This document shows, one piece after another, positions 58,590-64,000 of a DNA stretch of 64,000 nucleotides. Origin of the DNA: Malacoraja senta (lineage: Eukaryota); the NCBI GenBank assembly GCA_038087875.1, contig JAXLNO010005841.1, positions 3,782,001-3,846,000 on the forward strand, read 5' to 3'. Both the position numbers and the translations under genes were made by a program. The notes below the pieces were generated by a model. That model was not told where the DNA came from. It worked only from the letters and a program-made list of their open reading frames with translations, and did not search any database. How positions within the stretch are numbered: position 1 is the stretch's first letter; each line of letters starts with the position of its first letter.

Positions 58590-58707
58590 CAGAAGATTCC
58601 ACCGAATCCACCCCAAGCCTCCCACTGAACATTAACTCGTATGAACGGGATATCGGTCTGTCTGCTGGGATCCTGCTTAATATCGGTCTACTTCTTTATG
58701 GTTTAAA
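58590..58707 (+). CDS. Probable stalk and transmembrane exon of the Siglec-like receptor (not in the ORF track)
   Basis: TTTTCTCCCAG acceptor, 118 nt, phase 1 start matching the preceding C2 exon; PEDSTESTPSLPLNINSYERDIGLSAGILLNIGLLLYGL-K; GTAAGG donor in phase 2. Confidence 0.72.
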
Positions 58708-58984
58708 GTAAGGAATACCGACCAAAACGCAGAAGAGGCGCATGTTCCTCTGCTGTTTTTTCTTACGTGCAGCAGTTTCTTTAAATATTTTAAGTGGATA
58801 GATCAAGCAAGTGGCGGAAAGGTGGGGCGGTGGTAGAGTTGCAGAATCTGCGTGGGCTTTCTCCGGTAGCTCTGTTTTCTACTCACACTCCAAAGACGTA
58901 CAGGTTTGTTGGTTAATTGGCTTGGTAAAATTGTAAATTGTCCCTTATGTGTGTTGGATAGTATCAATGTGCGATTGCAGTTAG

Positions 58985-59168
58985 GGGTCGGTCGGGCTGT
59001 TGGCCGGACGGCCGACCGACCGGTGGGTGCTGTGAGGGGTCGGTCGGGCTGTCGGCCGGCCGGTGTGTGCAATGAGGGGTCGGTGGGCTGTCGGCCGGCA
59101 GGTGGGTGCAATGAGGCGTCGGTCGAGCTGTCGGCCGGCCGGTGGGTGCTGAGAGGGGTCGGTCGGTG
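58985..59168 (+). repeat. ~37-bp CpG-rich tandem repeat (GGGGTCGGTCGGGCTGTCGGCCGGCCGGTGGGTGCTGTGA) following a SINE body at 58820-58975
   Basis: About five units; a related motif recurs at 60488-60770. Confidence 0.85.
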
Positions 59169-59183
59169 TAGATTAACTATATG

Positions 59184-60262
59184 TAGCAATGTTAAAAAAA
59201 ATTGAGATTTAAAAAATAAAGTCTGCAATGTATCCCATCAGATAAAGCATGAAAAGAAGTTTAATTTGACATCTTATTCACTTTCATATCTTCAGTATTA
59301 AAAAAGTTATGGCCATTTTCATACTCGGAAATTAGCATCTTGTTCCCTGGTACACAAAAATGCTGGAGAAACTCAGCGGGTGCAGCAGCATCTATGGAGC
59401 GAAGGAAATAGGTAACGTTTCGGGCCGAAACCCTTCTTCAGCATCTTGTTCCCTATTGCTTTTCCATTGACTTAACACAAAAGCTGTGATCGAGGACAGT
59501 CAAAAGCCCATAACTTTCTTAACAATTAAGAGAACTGAAAGAAATTTTCAGTTATTATAGATTGAAACATTCAGAAACAAATATGAAACAATCTTACTTA
59601 GATGACATGAAATTAAAGCATATAATTAGTTAGTTACCTATTTGTAGCTAATTACAAAATTCAATTACTAGATCTAAACATCTATCAATTTCTTAAGAAT
59701 AGATTAACATTTTTAAATACCCTATGTGTCCAAATAACATTCACACAAGAATTCACAATAGAACATAATTTTTAATTTCATTGTCATGGATTTACAGGCC
59801 AAATGGAAGGAATTGAATGTTTAATACCTATAAATTAATGGTCATTTAAATCACTTTACGAGCGAGGTTTTCTGGAACGCGATCATTTGGAACGTTGATT
59901 TGCAGTGAATTTGACCCCATATCGGCATGAAAAAGTCTGCCGTTAGTTCGGGGAAAAGAATCACCGTTTCGCATTAAAAAATATGAATTAAAGGCTTCTT
60001 AAGAAGCACTTTTATACATTAAAATAAACTACTTTCGTTTACCTGCCCTGTGTGTGAAATCCGTCCCCGTTGTCGGCGTTGTTTCGAAGCTGATTTTAAA
60101 ATAACTCCAGCGCTGACATTGTCCATTTAATAAAAATAAAAAATACACAAAACGCCCGTAGGATCGATTTTTTAACCCCCCCCCCTCAAAGGCGCCAAAA
60201 TCGCGCACACGGCCAGTGGCAGAATTGCAGCGCCGCTGAGGGTAAGTATTGTAACATACCTA
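59184..60262. mobile_element. AT-rich non-autonomous DNA transposon, hAT-like
   Basis: Termini TAGCAATGTTA and (reverse complement) TAGGTATGTTA; flanked by CTATATG at 59177-59183 and 60263-60269 (ACTATATG if the terminal A is shared). Confidence 0.62.
59349..59439 (-). mobile_element. 91-bp Penelope-terminus mini-insertion with 15-bp direct repeat
   Basis: AGCATCTTGTTCCCT at 59334-59348 and 59440-59454; the insert is nearly identical to 13329-13418. Confidence 0.92.
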
Positions 60263-61380
60263 CTATATGAACCTGCCTTTACTATATCTATCACCACACG
60301 TATTATGCATGCTGCACATTGCATATGTAGACCAGTCCGGATCTTCATCCCTATCACGGTTCTTCACCATCTCACGGTAAGACTTGATGCTGACTACGGA
60401 GACGATAGCACGTAATGATTCCTCCGCTTGTGTTACAATAAAGGACTATGAGTTGTTACTCCTCTGTATGGGACTCATTACACAATAGTCGGCCTGTCGG
60501 CCGGCCGGTGGGCTCTGTAAGGGATCCGTCGGGCTGTCGGCCGACCGGTGGTGCAGCGACCGAGCGGGCGGACTAATGGAGCTTGCGCTATGGGGGTGCT
60601 GAATGCGGCCCTGGACCGAGCTGAGCAGCAGGGCGGAAGAGAGTGTGTCAGTCAGTCCGTCGGGCAGATGGCCGGCCGGTGGGTGCTGTGTGGGATCCGT
60701 CGGGCTGTCGGCCAGCCGGTGGTGCAGCGACCGAGCGGGTGGACTGACGGAACCGGCGCTATGGGGTGCTGAAGTCGGAGCGGGCGGCGAGCAGGGCAGT
60801 GCTGCTCCCAACCATCATCACCGTGATGAACCAGAAGGGCATTTTGGCCGAGGTGGACACGCTGAGCGGCCGCGCGTACGAAGCCCGCAGCCGGTCCGAA
60901 AGCGGCTCCATCTCCAGCCGTGGGCAGCTCTGGAAGGGGGGCGAGTTTGGTTTCGGTTTAGGCATTTTCCTCTCAGTGGAACATGCCTCAGGCTTCCCCC
61001 AGCCTGGCACTGCCCCTGTCCCATAATAGCCGCGGCACCCACTCTGCACACTGGTAGTCAGTGGGGTTCAGTAAACGGGGAAACGCACAGGAGCTACCCT
61101 CGCCCGTTAAATAGGTGGGTTCAGGACACGGTGAAACCCGGGACCTCAGCGGCAGTCTCACTCAACATAAACCTCCAGTCGACTCACAATTATATTCCTT
61201 ATGTTATTTTATATAATATAATATATATATAATTATATATAACTCCAGTCATATTCACATATTATATATATAGTATAATAATATATGATTTAAATAGACT
61301 GCAGCACGGAATTACGCTCCCCATAAATTAATACGAGCATTGAGCACTAGATGGCGCTACCTTTTTTGATCCAATTTTCT

Positions 61381-62310
61381 CAAGTCGTCAAGTCGTCACT
61401 TTTATTTCTATAGCACATTTAATAAACAACTCTCGTTGACCAAAGTGCTTTACATTGGTGGAGTTACTAACGTTATACAACAGTGGTTCATGGATTTAAT
61501 ACACACATAAATATATACATATAGCCCTCCCTCAGAAGACGTCAAGAAAGGCTTGAGAGTAAAGATGAGTTTTAAGTCTTGACTTAAAAGAGTCGATGGA
61601 GGGGGAAGTTCTGATGGGAAGAGGGATGCTGTTTCATAGTCTAGGAGCTGCAACTGCAAAGGCGCGGTCGCGCCTGAGCTTAAGCCTAGACCGCGGGATG
61701 GTCAGTAACCCCAAGTCGGCCGATCTGAGCGACCTGGAGGTGGTGTGGTGGGTAAGCAGACTTTTGATGTAGGTTAGGGCAAGCCCGTTAAGGGCTTTGT
61801 AAACATAAAGAAGGATCTTGAAATTTATTCGGAACCGCAAAAGGGGTCTCGCTGCGGCGTTTTGGACCAGTTGGAGGCGGGGCAGGGAAGATTGGCTGAT
61901 GCCAGTGTAAAGGGAGTTGCAGCAATCGAGGCGGGAGGAGATAAATGTGTGGATGATCTTTTCGAGGTCGTCAAATTGGAGGAATTATTCTAACTATCGT
62001 CCGAAGCTGGAAGAAGCTAGCTTTTACCACGGGATTGACTTGTTTGACAAATTTCAACGCTGAGTCAAATATCACGCCAAGGTTGTTGACGTGAGATTTG
62101 AGTAATGGGGTAAGGCTTACAAGGCTGCCTGCTATCGTTTTGATTGAGTCCGAGGGGCCGAGAAGGATGACCTCAGACCTACTCTCGTTTAAATGGAGGA
62201 AGGACTGGGCCATCCAGCACTTTATATCCTCGAGGCAGTGGATAAGATTAGGTAGATTTGATCGGTTGTTGGGCTTCAGGGGGAGTTAGAGTTGTGTATC
62301 GCCTGCATAG
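61381..62310 (-). mobile_element. L2-clade LINE 3' portion, teleost-like
   Basis: FLHLNESRSEVILLGP...NLGVIFDSAL...KASFFQLR; RINFKILLYVYKALNGLA..YI..LL...RSLRS...DRAFAVAAPRL; tail TAAAGCACTTTGGTC...TGCTATAGAAATAAA(GACTTGAC)n. Confidence 0.88.
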
Positions 62311-64000
62311 CTGTGGAAGGACATGCCGTGCCTTTCAGTGACTTGGCTTCCACAGCATTCGTGAATTAGGCCTGTGTCCATGTTGGCTAACTCGATGGAT
62401 CGATGCCAAATGCAAAATAGCTCGAAAAGCAGAAATATTTGTATTACAAGACCTATCAGAGCCAGTTTCAAGAACAGGGTGTTTGCTTGCAAACCTGGCG
62501 GGGCACAGCTGCACAGGAGGAGTGTATCCAAGAAATGGGCCAAGTGAACAAATGCCTGTTGCAGCGGCGTTCATGACGCACGCACGGATACCAATTGATC
62601 AACGTTCAGGACCAAGAGGGAAAGTTTCAAGGATGTTAAAATAAAGGAATATTGGATGGGAACTAATACATTTACCAAAATGGTAACAAAATGAAGGTTT
62701 GGCAAGATGAATTCAGACAGGAACTTTGAGGATTGTAAACAAAGTCGGAAATCACTCATGTTGGACGTAAAAAGAGCATAAGGAACGTCGTGAACAGTCA
62801 TTACCAAGTCAAAGTAAAGGAAATCCTAAGGCATATTATACACATATTAAGAATCAACTGGGTAACTGGGAAGAGGTTATAATTTCTCCATATTAAAGGT
62901 GGGAACATTTGCTCGGAGTCCGAAGATGTAGGCCAGCGACGAAACCACTACTTTGCTTCGACATTCACCAAGGAGAAGGTCAGCGGGATCAAAGGGGGGA
63001 ATATTATTATGTCATGCTAATTGAGATCAAGGAGGAGGTGGAAGTGTACTTCTTGAAGAGCATTAAGTTGGATAAGTCAAATGGGCCTGATCGGACGTAT
63101 CTCGGATAACATGAAAAGGCGGGAGAGAGTAGGTTGCTGGGTCTTGGTCAATAGACATGAAATAGACAGGACGATAGATGACTTTCTGTGGAGTGATTGA
63201 TGAGTGGTAGTTTATTTTAATTTGGTATTGACCGGTATCTAACAGATGTATTGAAAAGTGTTTTGTTGCCTGCTAACCAGTCATCGAAATGCCTATACAT
63301 GATTACAATGAAGCTGTACACAGTGCACAGATACAGGATAAAGAGTTTAGGATTTAATTCAAGTAAAATCCGAATGAAGATAGGCAAAGGTGTCCAATGA
63401 GGTAGATGGGAGGTCAGGAACGCACTATAGCTGGTGAGATGATGGTTCCGTAGATTCATAACACCTGTGAAGAAACTGTCCCTGAATCTGGATGTTTGCG
63501 TTTTCTAACATGTGTACCTCTTGTCTGATGGAAATGAATTGTGTGATACCGGTCCACGATTAAGCTAGTGACCATGCCGATGCAGCGTGAAATGTAGCTG
63601 GAGTCGATTGAAGGGAGTTTGTTTGGCGTGATGGTCAGGGCTACGTCCACAATTCTCTGCAATTCCTAGCAGTCTTGCATGCAGCTGTTCCTCAAACATT
63701 TTGCGATGCACACCGAGCAGTTGCTTTCTACGGCGCATCTGTGTGTGTTTTAGTGGTATGATGGGAACATGCAGAACTTACTAAACCTTCTATAACAAAA
63801 TAGTGGCGATGTTATGATTTATTGGGCATTACTTCACTGTGGCTGGTCCAAGACAAATTGCTGGTAATATTTAATCCTAACAATTTTTATTCTCAATTCA
63901 TTTTAACTTATTGTCAAGTGTGCCACGGTACAGTGAAAATATTGTCTTGCGTGCTATCCCGTCAGCATAAACTCAATACATGATTACATGCGAGTCATTT

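Noticed and set aside
60331-60376. Cytoplasmic exon of the Siglec-like gene
   Set aside because: AG and GTAAG are present, but the pyrimidine tract is weak and the peptide (PVRIFIPITVLHHLT) has no tyrosine motif or tail-like composition.
60603-61232. 209-aa ORF as a gene
   Set aside because: Most of it is GC-rich repeat with few stops by composition; the codon-bias signal is in a different frame and is reported separately.
62380-62820. L1 ORF2 remnant
   Set aside because: Only faint resemblance in broken frames; too degraded to call.

Overview
Eukaryotic, repeat-dense vertebrate DNA. The repeat families (abundant CR1-type LINE 3' ends, (AAACT)n-tailed SINEs, Penelope-like termini) suggest a cartilaginous fish, probably a skate or ray; this is inference from family recognition, not a database search. 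There are no prokaryotic features, rRNA, true tRNA or CRISPR. Three host genes are visible. (1) A decayed trypsinogen-like serine protease pseudogene (minus strand, 1-4010) with a gutted Gypsy LTR element in intron 3. (2) A GPR139/GPR142-like class A GPCR (plus strand, 10587-12860) split in TM6 by a young L1-type insertion with a 16-bp target-site duplication (TSD). (3) A Siglec/CD22/MAG-like Ig-superfamily receptor (plus strand) whose leader, V-set, C2-set and transmembrane exons can be spliced in frame from 24275 to 58707. A near-identical ~15-kb tandem duplication (19846-34801 vs 35002-50018, joined by a 200-N gap) repeats the leader, V and first C2 exons. The second leader exon has lost its AG splice acceptor, which is the change needed for an in-frame leader-V-C2-V-C2-C2-TM receptor, but a false haplotype duplication in the assembly is at least as likely. 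Other notable items: hammerhead-ribozyme-like Penelope termini including 91- and 125-bp TSD-flanked mini-insertions, a 137-bp inverted repeat folded around a tRNA-derived SINE head, Helitron-like, TTAA-MITE and hAT-like non-autonomous elements, and an unidentified GC3-rich coding-like island. Six N gaps (8714-8938, 10884-11185, 22266-22432, 34802-35001, 37420-37576, 55637-55788) limit interpretation. Repeat boundaries are approximate unless a TSD is quoted.
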